From: Actinomycetota bacterium
Lineage (GTDB): Bacteria; Actinomycetota; Acidimicrobiia; Acidimicrobiales; Ilumatobacteraceae
Assembly (NCBI GenBank): GCA_017856115.1
Contig: JAFMFM010000001.1
Location: forward strand, 44,961 to 108,960
Direction: 5' to 3'
Length of the DNA stretch: 64,000 bases
The notes under the pieces were generated by a model. The model was given only the letters and a program-made list of their open reading frames with translations, made no database searches and was not told where the DNA came from. The position numbers and the translations under genes are program-made. Numbering within the stretch: position 1 is the stretch's first letter; each line of letters begins with the position of its first letter. Positions 57,138-64,000 of this stretch are shown in pieces.

Positions 57138-57428
57138 TTATTGCTGGAACGGGATTTCGACCGTGACTTCACGACCCAAGAAACTACAGGTGATGTCGCT
57201 CAGGTCACCTTGTTCGACCCGCGCTTGGATTTCCCCGATGCATGCGGTGAGATCGTCGCGTTGGGTGAATCCCAACCAAATCACGCCGGCGAAGAGCGCC
57301 GACAACAACAATTTGGTCACGAGGGACGACACGAATTTGAGGACAAGCAGCACCCCGAGCACTCCGACGACCATCGCGATGAACGATGCATCACGCGCGG
57401 ATTGGGCATCGAAGGACGAAAGATCCAT
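57138..57428 (-). CDS. Hypothetical small membrane protein (two predicted TM helices)
   Basis: 96 aa. Hydrophobic segments FIAMVVGVLGVLLVLKF and LLLSALFAGVIWLGF. No family recognised. Coding status rests only on ORF length, hydrophobicity pattern and position. Confidence 0.45.
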   Translation of the reverse strand: MDLSSFDAQSARDASFIAMVVGVLGVLLVLKFVSSLVTKLLLSALFAGVIWLGFTQRDDLTACIGEIQARVEQGDLSDITCSFLGREVTVEIPFQQ

Positions 57429-57470
57429 GACGCTCCGATTCTGCCATCATCAACTTCGTAGACTGCGCAT

Positions 57471-57908
57471 ATGAGCGACCAACCGATCAGCATGTCGCGT
57501 AGCGGTCCTCCCGAAACGGTTCTTGCGCCCGATGACGCGTCGATCCGCCACGAACTCGCACAAGTGGAAGCTGGCGATCCGACGCTTCGTCATGACCGAC
57601 TCTTGGCCTTGGCTGCGCGGCATCCGAACAGCCTTCATGTTTGGGCTGCGCTTGGGCGTGCGAGTACGCCGGGAATCGAGGCGTACATGCCATTCCGTAT
57701 CGGGTATCACCGGGGTTTGGACCATCTGCGCGCCAGCGGTTGGCGCGGTTCCGGTTTCGTGCGTTGGCGACACGAATCCAACAGGGGATTCCTGGCGTGT
57801 CTCGAAGGACTCGCAGTCAACGCACGAATCATCGGCGAAGAGTCGGAAGCGATTCGTTGTGGGCAATTCCTGATTCAACTCGACCCGCAGGGACGGCACC
57901 AGGCTTGA
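57471..57908 (+). CDS. Conserved actinobacterial protein (DUF3151-like)
   Basis: 145 aa. AWAALGR...YMPFRIGYHRGLDHLRASGWRGSGFVRW resembles the DUF3151 family as I recall it. ATG 57471. Confidence 0.7.
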   Translation: MSDQPISMSRSGPPETVLAPDDASIRHELAQVEAGDPTLRHDRLLALAARHPNSLHVWAALGRASTPGIEAYMPFRIGYHRGLDHLRASGWRGSGFVRWRHESNRGFLACLEGLAVNARIIGEESEAIRCGQFLIQLDPQGRHQA

Positions 57909-58498
57909 ATCCGTGCGGTGCCGTCTTGGTTGGCGGACGTAGTACGCGTTTTGGTTCCGACAAGTCCCACGCAGAGGTGGGTGGGATGCCGTTGTTGGCG
58001 CGAATTTTTACCATACTGCGATCGGCGGACGTGGAATCATTGGCGTACGTGGGCGGGCTCCCGCGCTCCGACATTCCGCCCGACATCGTGCACGTTGCCG
58101 ACGAAGTGGCTGGACATCCCGGGGACGATCGAAGCTCATTGTTGGGTGTCCTCGCCGCGATGACGCATGCCCGGGCGAACGGACATGACTCGATCGTCGT
58201 ACTTGGGTGCGACGTGCCGATGGTGGAGACGGGTACGATTCGAGCACTCACATCGACCCTCGAATCGGTGGATGCGTCCGTTGCGCACCACGACGGTGAC
58301 CACTGGTCGATAATGGCCGTTCGAACGATCGCATACGAGGCAATCGAATCCCACTACGCACGTGGTGAGCGCGCCATCCATCGTGCGGTTTCGCAATTGA
58401 GTGTTGCACGTGTTCCCGTGTCCGCATCCGAATGTGTGAACGTGAACGATGTCGCGACACTGCACGCGGTGTCGGTTCTGCTCGGGACCGCTGACTAA
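57905..58498 (+). CDS. mobA: Molybdenum cofactor nucleotidyltransferase (MobA/MocA family)
   Basis: N-terminal AVLVGGRSTRFGSDK nucleotide-binding motif. TTG 57905 overlaps the upstream stop (TTGA). The ORF-track start 57641 lies inside the DUF3151-like gene. Confidence 0.78.
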   Translation: MNPCGAVLVGGRSTRFGSDKSHAEVGGMPLLARIFTILRSADVESLAYVGGLPRSDIPPDIVHVADEVAGHPGDDRSSLLGVLAAMTHARANGHDSIVVLGCDVPMVETGTIRALTSTLESVDASVAHHDGDHWSIMAVRTIAYEAIESHYARGERAIHRAVSQLSVARVPVSASECVNVNDVATLHAVSVLLGTAD

Positions 58499-58509
58499 GG
58501 TGGCAAGCC

Positions 58510-58833
58510 GTGTCCATGAGGGAAATATCTGCGGCGGATTTGGTTCAGGTAATCGATCGGGGTGGAGTCGTCGTTGACGTCCGTGAGTTCGACGAATATC
58601 TCGAGGGACACGTGCCCGGTGCCATCTCCGTTCCACTCAGCCGGGTGCCCGAGAATATCGAGACGTTCCGGAGGCCGGTGCCGGTGTACGTGGTATGTCA
58701 GAGCGGTGGGAGAAGTAGCCGGGCATGCGAACTTCTCTTGGACGCCGACGTCACCAACGTGGTGAACGTCGCAGGTGGCACCATGGGATACGCCGCCTTG
58801 GGGAATCCACTGAATGTCGGCGAAACGCCGTAG
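58510..58833 (+). CDS. Single-domain rhodanese-like sulfurtransferase
   Basis: 107 aa with the active-site loop VVCQSGGRS and DVREFDEYLEGHVPGAISVP. Start is GTG 58510 or ATG 58516. Confidence 0.85.
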   Translation: MSMREISAADLVQVIDRGGVVVDVREFDEYLEGHVPGAISVPLSRVPENIETFRRPVPVYVVCQSGGRSSRACELLLDADVTNVVNVAGGTMGYAALGNPLNVGETP

Positions 58834-58842
58834 TTTCGTCGT

Positions 58843-60003
58843 GTGAACATCTCGGAGCATTTCGTCGCTGACGACGCATCCCTTCGCGATGTCGTAAGCG
58901 ACGCGAAGAACGCTCAGGCATACGCGTTGGATACGGAGTTCCATCGCGAGCGCACGTACTTTCCTCGTCTTGCACTCGTGCAGTTGCAGTGGGGCAGGAC
59001 GAACGTTCTCATCGACCCGCTTGCCGTCGATCCGCGGGGGTTGGCCGACCTACTTCGCGGCCCGGGACTTGCGATCCTGCACGCGTCGCAACAGGATCTC
59101 GAGGTGTTGCGCTATGCGGTTGGAGACGTTCCATCGCGATTGTTCGACACCCAGCTCGCCGCTGGTTTCGTCGGTTACTCCACGCCGTCGTTGGCGGCGC
59201 TGGTGCAGTCGCAGTTGAAGGTCACGTTGTCCAAGGGCGATCGAATGACCGACTGGCTACGGCGCCCACTCACGTCGAGTCAATGCTCGTATGCGCGCAG
59301 CGATGTTGCCCATCTCGAGCAACTCTTCGAAAGAATTCGTGCCAGATTGGAGGAACTCGGTCGAACGACGTGGGTCGAAGAGGCCTGCGAGGAGTTGCGA
59401 CAACGTCCATGGGGGGAGAGCAACCCGGACGATGCGTGGTTGCGAATCAAGGACGCGCGCGCACTGAAGGGCACCGCGCGCGGCGTCGCACAAGCCCTGG
59501 CAGCATGGCGGGAGCGCCGAGCGATGGCCACGAACGTGCCGCTTCGACGTGTGATGAGCGACATGGCACTACTTGGCATCGCACAGGCAGCTCCCCAATC
59601 CACGGAGGAGCTCGCCCATGCCCGCGGTGTGGACGAGCGGTACCTCGGTGGTTCGGTCGCTCGGGAGATCTTGGCCGCGGTGCGTGATGGTCGCGAACGC
59701 GTGGTCGAGGTCGATACACAATCCCACGAGCCGCTGGAAAAGCGTTTGCGTCCGGCGGTAACACTGGTTACCGCATGGATCGGCGAACTGGCCCGGTCCG
59801 CCGAGATCGATCCGATGCTCGTTGCGACCAACCGCGACATCGTGGCGCTGCTCGCCGGTGGAGAATCGCGTCTCTCCCACGGCTGGCGCCGAGACCTCGT
59901 TGGTCGGGATATCCAGCGACTGCTGAAGGGGGAGTCGGGTTTGTCCTTCGATGGTGACGGTCGGCTCAGGCTCATCCCTGCCAAAGATGCCGAGGCGCAG
60001 TAA
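58843..60003 (+). CDS. rnd: Ribonuclease D (3'-5' exonuclease + HRDC domain)
   Basis: DEDD exonuclease motifs (YALDTEFHRE, HASQQDLEVL, YARSDVAHL) and an HRDC-like region; 386 aa. GTG start. Confidence 0.86.
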   Translation: MNISEHFVADDASLRDVVSDAKNAQAYALDTEFHRERTYFPRLALVQLQWGRTNVLIDPLAVDPRGLADLLRGPGLAILHASQQDLEVLRYAVGDVPSRLFDTQLAAGFVGYSTPSLAALVQSQLKVTLSKGDRMTDWLRRPLTSSQCSYARSDVAHLEQLFERIRARLEELGRTTWVEEACEELRQRPWGESNPDDAWLRIKDARALKGTARGVAQALAAWRERRAMATNVPLRRVMSDMALLGIAQAAPQSTEELAHARGVDERYLGGSVAREILAAVRDGRERVVEVDTQSHEPLEKRLRPAVTLVTAWIGELARSAEIDPMLVATNRDIVALLAGGESRLSHGWRRDLVGRDIQRLLKGESGLSFDGDGRLRLIPAKDAEAQ

Positions 60004-60072
60004 ACTTTCAGTCAATGTCCATCGCCTAGGCGGATGGCCCTCTGGGCTCCGCTAGTACAAACGGAGCCCATC

Positions 60073-60270
60073 GTGAAAAAGGGACGTCATCGTCGGTTCG
60101 AAGAAGCGCGTCGTCTGAAGCAGTCCGGCCCAACTGCCGAGGATCTCGGGCTTTCTGCGGAGAAGTCCACGAAGAGCGAAGAAGACGAATTTGCTGAGAT
60201 TGCCGAACGCTATGGCGTGGTGTTCGACGACGATGGCGAGATCGCCGACAATGACGAGGCTTCCTCCTGA
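60073..60270 (+). CDS. Hypothetical small protein with a basic N-terminus and acidic C-terminus
   Basis: GTG 60073 with GGAG 6 nt upstream gives VKKGRHRRFEEARRLK...[14 protein letters not shown] (65 aa). ATG 60034 is an alternative start. The stop TGA (60268-60270) overlaps the only plausible typA start. Coding status is tentative. Confidence 0.4.
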   Translation: MKKGRHRRFEEARRLKQSGPTAEDLGLSAEKSTKSEEDEFAEIAERYGVVFDDDGEIADNDEASS

Positions 60271-62096
60271 ACGATCTCATCCGTAACGTCGCGATCGTCG
60301 CGCACGTTGACCATGGCAAAACCACGTTGGTCGACGAGTTGTTGCGCCAAACGGGCACCTTTGCCGCGCATCAGGCCGTGGTGGAGCGTGTCATGGACAA
60401 CAACGACCAGGAACGTGAACGTGGAATCACCATCCTTGCCAAGGCCGCTTCGGTGGAATGGCGTGGGGTCAAGGTCAACCTCGTCGACACACCGGGGCAC
60501 GCGGATTTCGGTGGCGAGGTGGAACGTGCCCTGGCTCTGGTCGACGGTGTGCTCCTGCTCGTTGACGCCGCGGAAGGCCCACTGCCACAGACGCGATACG
60601 TCTTGTCCAAGGCCCTGAACCAGGACCTCCCCGTGGTGCTGGTGATCAACAAGGTGGACCGCAGCGATGCGCGCCCCGAAGAGGTGCTGCTCGAGGTTGA
60701 ACACCTCTTCCTCGATCTCGCCCATCATGACCATCACTTGAACTTTCCGGTGATCTCCGCGATTGCACGCGAGGGAAGGGCGATGAAGGGACTCGGAATG
60801 CCGGGATCCGATGCCGACTTGGTACCGCTCCTGGACGCCATCCTCGACACCATTCCGGCGCCGCAGGGCGATCCAACTGCTCCGTTGCAGGCGCTCGTCA
60901 CCAACCTCGACGCAAGTGACTATCTCGGTCGCCTGGCGATCGGACGAGTGCACGCGGGCACGCTGAAAAAAGGGGAGTTCGTGGCTCTCCTGGGTAAGCC
61001 GGATGGCGACACTCAACCGGTCCTGAAGCGTCGGATCTCCCATCTCTCCCAGTTCATGGGTATCGCCCGCAAGGAGGTGGACACCATCGCCGCTGGTGAT
61101 CTCTTCATCGTGGCCGGCATCGACGAGGTGGAAGTTGGAGACACCCTCGCCAGTGTGGATGCTCCCTCGGCTCTCGCGCGCCTCGAGGTGGATGAGCCGG
61201 TGCTGCGGATGAGTTTTGCCGTGAACTCGTCGCCGTTCTCCGGTCGCGAAGGCACCTACGTGACGAGTCGCCACCTACACGACCGCTTGAAGAAGGAAAT
61301 CCTCGGAAACGTGTCGATCAAACTCTTCCCGACCGACTCGCCTGATGTGATCGAGGTGGCGGGACGTGGAGAATTGCAACTCGCGGTCTTGATCGAGAAC
61401 ATGCGGCGAGAGGGTTATGAACTGCAGGTGAGTCGCCCCGAGGTGATCACCAAGGAGATCGACGGCAAGAAGCACGAGCCGTACGAGCGTGGCACCATCG
61501 ACGTGCCGGACGAATTCGTGGGTGCCGTCACCCAGGCCATCGCGCCGCGCCGCGGACGGATCGTCGACATGCGTCCCGGTGACGCCGGCCGAACCATCAT
61601 GCATTTCACGGCACCGTCGCGCGGACTCATCGGATTTCGATCACTGCTCCTCACGGTGACCCGCGGTACCGCACTCGTTCACCAGAGCTTTGCGGGCTTC
61701 GAACCGTGGGCCGGCGACGTACCGCATCGTTTGGGAGGCGCCATGATCGCCGACCGAATCGGTCCCGTCACTGCGTACGCGCTCGACAATTTGCAGATGC
61801 GAGGAACGCTCTTCGTGGAGCCCGGCGACGAGGTGTACGAGGGCATGGTGGTGGGCGAGTGCGCTCGTGGCGAGGAGATGGTGGTGAACGCCGTTCGGGC
61901 GAAGGAAAAAAACAACATCCGCACCCACAGTCACGATGACGGCGTCAAACTCGCCGCCCCGGTCATCCATACGTTGGAGACGGCGATCGAGTGGATCGGT
62001 GATGACGAGCTCGTCGAGGTAACCCCGAAGTCGATCCGTATCCGGAAACGTTGGTTGGGTCTCGAGGATCGACGACGCGCGAACAAGAAGGGCTGA
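60267..62096 (+). CDS. typA: Translational GTPase TypA/BipA (inferred CTG start)
   Basis: G1 [11 protein letters not shown]3 [13 protein letters not shown]4 NKVDR, and full-length similarity to BipA through the C-terminal [16 protein letters not shown]. The G1 motif lies upstream of the first canonical start (TTG 60327), and the frame is open only from 60255. Confidence 0.9.
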   Translation: MNDLIRNVAIVAHVDHGKTTLVDELLRQTGTFAAHQAVVERVMDNNDQERERGITILAKAASVEWRGVKVNLVDTPGHADFGGEVERALALVDGVLLLVDAAEGPLPQTRYVLSKALNQDLPVVLVINKVDRSDARPEEVLLEVEHLFLDLAHHDHHLNFPVISAIAREGRAMKGLGMPGSDADLVPLLDAILDTIPAPQGDPTAPLQALVTNLDASDYLGRLAIGRVHAGTLKKGEFVALLGKPDGDTQPVLKRRISHLSQFMGIARKEVDTIAAGDLFIVAGIDEVEVGDTLASVDAPSALARLEVDEPVLRMSFAVNSSPFSGREGTYVTSRHLHDRLKKEILGNVSIKLFPTDSPDVIEVAGRGELQLAVLIENMRREGYELQVSRPEVITKEIDGKKHEPYERGTIDVPDEFVGAVTQAIAPRRGRIVDMRPGDAGRTIMHFTAPSRGLIGFRSLLLTVTRGTALVHQSFAGFEPWAGDVPHRLGGAMIADRIGPVTAYALDNLQMRGTLFVEPGDEVYEGMVVGECARGEEMVVNAVRAKEKNNIRTHSHDDGVKLAAPVIHTLETAIEWIGDDELVEVTPKSIRIRKRWLGLEDRRRANKKG

Positions 62097-62101
62097 GCAG
62101 C

Positions 62102-62308
62102 ATGTCGGAATTCGACGACATCGTGGAACGTCTACGATCCGTATCGGAAGACTTGTCCGACCATGCGATTCGGATCTTGAGCGAAGCTTCCCGTGCCGGA
62201 GCAACCAAGCGGCCGGACACGGAACGAAGCATCACCCAAGCGCGACGGGCCGTCGAAAAGGCAATCGTGCTGCTCGAGCGAATGGACGCGAATCTCGACG
62301 AGGAATAA
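62102..62308 (+). CDS. Hypothetical small helical protein
   Basis: ATG 62102, 5 nt after the typA stop, gives a 68-aa charged helical peptide (MSEFDDIVERLRSVSEDLSDHAIRILSEA...). No family recognised. Confidence 0.4.
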   Translation: MSEFDDIVERLRSVSEDLSDHAIRILSEASRAGATKRPDTERSITQARRAVEKAIVLLERMDANLDEE

Positions 62309-62346
62309 CCGCCCACAGGCAGAGCATCGGGGTCGATTACCGAGCG

Positions 62347-63459
62347 TCAGCGGGGATTCCGGTGGTACTCCTTGGCCTTTGCTTCCAGTGCAGCGATGAG
62401 TTCGTCGAAGCTCTTCTGAAACGAGGACACACCTTCTTGCTCGAGGAGGCCGGCCACGTCGTCGAGGTCCACACCGGCATGGGAGATGTCGTCCCACAAT
62501 CGACGTGCGGTATCGGGTGCCGAATCGACCGTGCGTTCAAGTCGACCGTGATCGTCAAACGCCTCCAGGGTGGCATCCGGCAGGGTGTTCACCGTGTCGG
62601 GGCCGATCAACTGATCCACGTACATGGTGTCGGGATACTCGGGATTCTTCGTAGACGTGGACGCCCAGAGGGGACGCTGCGCGCGCGCCCCGAAGCGTTG
62701 GAGCCTGGTCCATCGCTCGCCGGCGAACGTCTCACGAAACATCGCATACGCAAGTTGGCCCTGGGCGACCGCGGCCGTGCCACAAAGTGAGGTTGCGGTT
62801 CCTCCCAGCGCCGCGAGGCGTCGGTCGACCTCGGTGTCGACGCGTGAGATGAAGAAACTTCCCACGCTGCTGATTCCGGAGAGGTCCGTGACGCCGGAGG
62901 CCACTCGGTCCTCGAGACCCGAGACGTAGGCCTCCAAGACTGCGGCGTACCGTTCAAGGCTGAAGATGAGCGTGACGTTCACGCTGCGACCCTCGGAAAT
63001 CATCGTCCGGATGGCCGGGAGACCTTGCGTCGTGGCGGGAATCTTGATCATGACGTTGCGCCGTCCGATTCGATCGTGGAGTCGTCGCGCCGCATTAAGG
63101 GTTTGGACTCCATCGTGCGCGAGACCGGGATCCACCTCGACGCTGACGAAACCGTCCGATCCGTTCGACTCCTCGTGGATCGGTGCAAAGACGTCGAGCG
63201 CGGAGTCGATGTCGCGAAGCACCAGTTCCCAATAGGCATCGATTGATGACATGCCGTCGCGGGCAAGTGTTTCGAACTGCGAGTCGTAGTCGTTGGAACC
63301 CTGGATCGCCTTTTGAAAGATGGTTGGGTTGCTCGTCAGGCCCCGGATACCGCGATCACGCAGTGCCGCCAGCTGTCCGTTGGTGATCCACCCTCGCCGC
63401 AGATTGTCGAGCCACGGACTCTGGCCGTGCTCCAGGTAGAGGCGTCGAAGTCGGGTCAC
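62347..63459 (-). CDS. tal: Transaldolase (long actinobacterial type)
   Basis: GQSPWLDNLRR N-terminus, TSNPTIF and the Schiff-base lysine context VMIKIPAT; 370 aa. The GTG start lies 2 nt after the tkt stop. Confidence 0.93.
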   Translation of the reverse strand: MTRLRRLYLEHGQSPWLDNLRRGWITNGQLAALRDRGIRGLTSNPTIFQKAIQGSNDYDSQFETLARDGMSSIDAYWELVLRDIDSALDVFAPIHEESNGSDGFVSVEVDPGLAHDGVQTLNAARRLHDRIGRRNVMIKIPATTQGLPAIRTMISEGRSVNVTLIFSLERYAAVLEAYVSGLEDRVASGVTDLSGISSVGSFFISRVDTEVDRRLAALGGTATSLCGTAAVAQGQLAYAMFRETFAGERWTRLQRFGARAQRPLWASTSTKNPEYPDTMYVDQLIGPDTVNTLPDATLEAFDDHGRLERTVDSAPDTARRLWDDISHAGVDLDDVAGLLEQEGVSSFQKSFDELIAALEAKAKEYHRNPR

Positions 63460-63461
63460 GG

Positions 63462-64000
63462 TCAGGCTCCCAGCGTGTCGATGAGGTCGCGGGCCCGGGC
63501 AACCACGTTGTCCACCGAGATACCGAGGCGCTGCAGGGCCACGTTTCCCGGGGCGGATGCACCGAAACGATCGATGCCGATCGAGTCATCTGCAAGTGCA
63601 CTCCAACCGTAGGTGCTGCCGGCCTCAACCGACAGCACGGGCACACCGATTGGCAGGACGTGCGATCGATAGGTCGGATCCTGCCCGGCGAACAATTCCA
63701 GACATGGCATCGAAACGACACGCACCCGAAGTCCGGCTTCGCCGAGTTGGCGTGCGGCGTCGACGGCGAGAGCAACCTCGGTACCCGTGGCCACCACGTT
63801 GAGTTGGGGAGTGTCATCGGTGTCGCGAACGATTGCTGCCCCCCGTTCGACGGCCCGTCCATCGGTGACGATTGGTGTGTTTTGGCGTGACAGGATGAGC
63901 GCGGTAGGACCGTCATGGTCGCAGGCTTGACGCCAAGCAGCCGCGGTTTCGTTTGCATCCGCCGGACGTACCACGCGCAGACCCGGGATGACTCGCAACG
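63462..64000 (-). CDS. tkt: Transketolase, C-terminal ~179 aa; the 5' end lies beyond the window
   Basis: The translation (RVIPGLRVVRPADANETAAAW ... SMPCLELF ... FGASAP) matches the transketolase C-terminal domain. The frame is open to the window edge. Confidence 0.92.
   Translation of the reverse strand, partial: LRVIPGLRVVRPADANETAAAWRQACDHDGPTALILSRQNTPIVTDGRAVERGAAIVRDTDDTPQLNVVATGTEVALAVDAARQLGEAGLRVRVVSMPCLELFAGQDPTYRSHVLPIGVPVLSVEAGSTYGWSALADDSIGIDRFGASAPGNVALQRLGISVDNVVARARDLIDTLGA

Noticed and set aside
60034-62096. A programmed frameshift fusing the small basic/acidic ORF to typA.
   Set aside because: A CTG start at 60267 reproduces the normal TypA/BipA N-terminus and length. There is no slippery heptamer at the junction, and the small ORF has its own RBS and stop.

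Overview
All calls below come from reading the supplied ORF translations and the DNA by eye. No database search or computation was run. The window is a densely coding stretch of a high-GC, actinobacterial-type chromosome, with about 60 CDS and one tRNA. I recognised no rRNA, CRISPR array, IS element, integrase or phage genes.

Layout:
(1) 1-15.3 kb is a housekeeping block: uvrA(partial)-uvrC-rapZ-gap-pgk-tpiA ... secG-tRNA-Leu(GAG)-pyk. A five-gene Dpp/Opp-type ABC importer interrupts it between tpiA and secG. The yvcK and whiA genes that usually follow rapZ are absent.
(2) 15.3-36.6 kb is an accessory metabolic region. It holds an HD-domain (diiron-oxygenase-like) ORF coupled to a gulono/arabinonolactone-oxidase-like flavoenzyme, and a DEAD-box helicase. 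A ~10.6 kb minus-strand operon follows (29054 down to 18400). Its genes, in order, are an M20 amidohydrolase, a D-carbamoylase-type nitrilase-fold hydrolase and an XdhD-like fused FeS-Mo hydroxylase. These are followed by an SsnA-like amidohydrolase, an LLM (probably F420-type) oxidoreductase and a three-subunit xanthine-dehydrogenase-family enzyme. A class-III aminotransferase and a TauE permease diverge from this operon. A mosaic of hydrolase and oxidoreductase genes comes next.
(3) 36.6-64 kb holds a heterodimeric ABC exporter with a coupled lipoprotein, a histidine phosphatase, a PG-binding M23 peptidase, a TetR-NTF2 fusion regulator and ctaA. It also holds a liv-type amino-acid ABC importer whose LivH carries an extra N-terminal exported domain, then tsaC/sua5, guaB1-cmk-plsC, an M18 aminopeptidase, mobA, a rhodanese, rnd, typA and tal-tkt(partial).

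The most interesting candidate is the translationally chained Mo-hydroxylase / amidohydrolase / LLM / double-decarbamoylase operon. It looks like an uncharacterised N-heterocycle degradation route. Secondary items are the HD-oxygenase + lactone-oxidase pair, two conserved genes (typA and the DEAD-box helicase) with no canonical start codon where the protein family requires one, and several unusual domain fusions.
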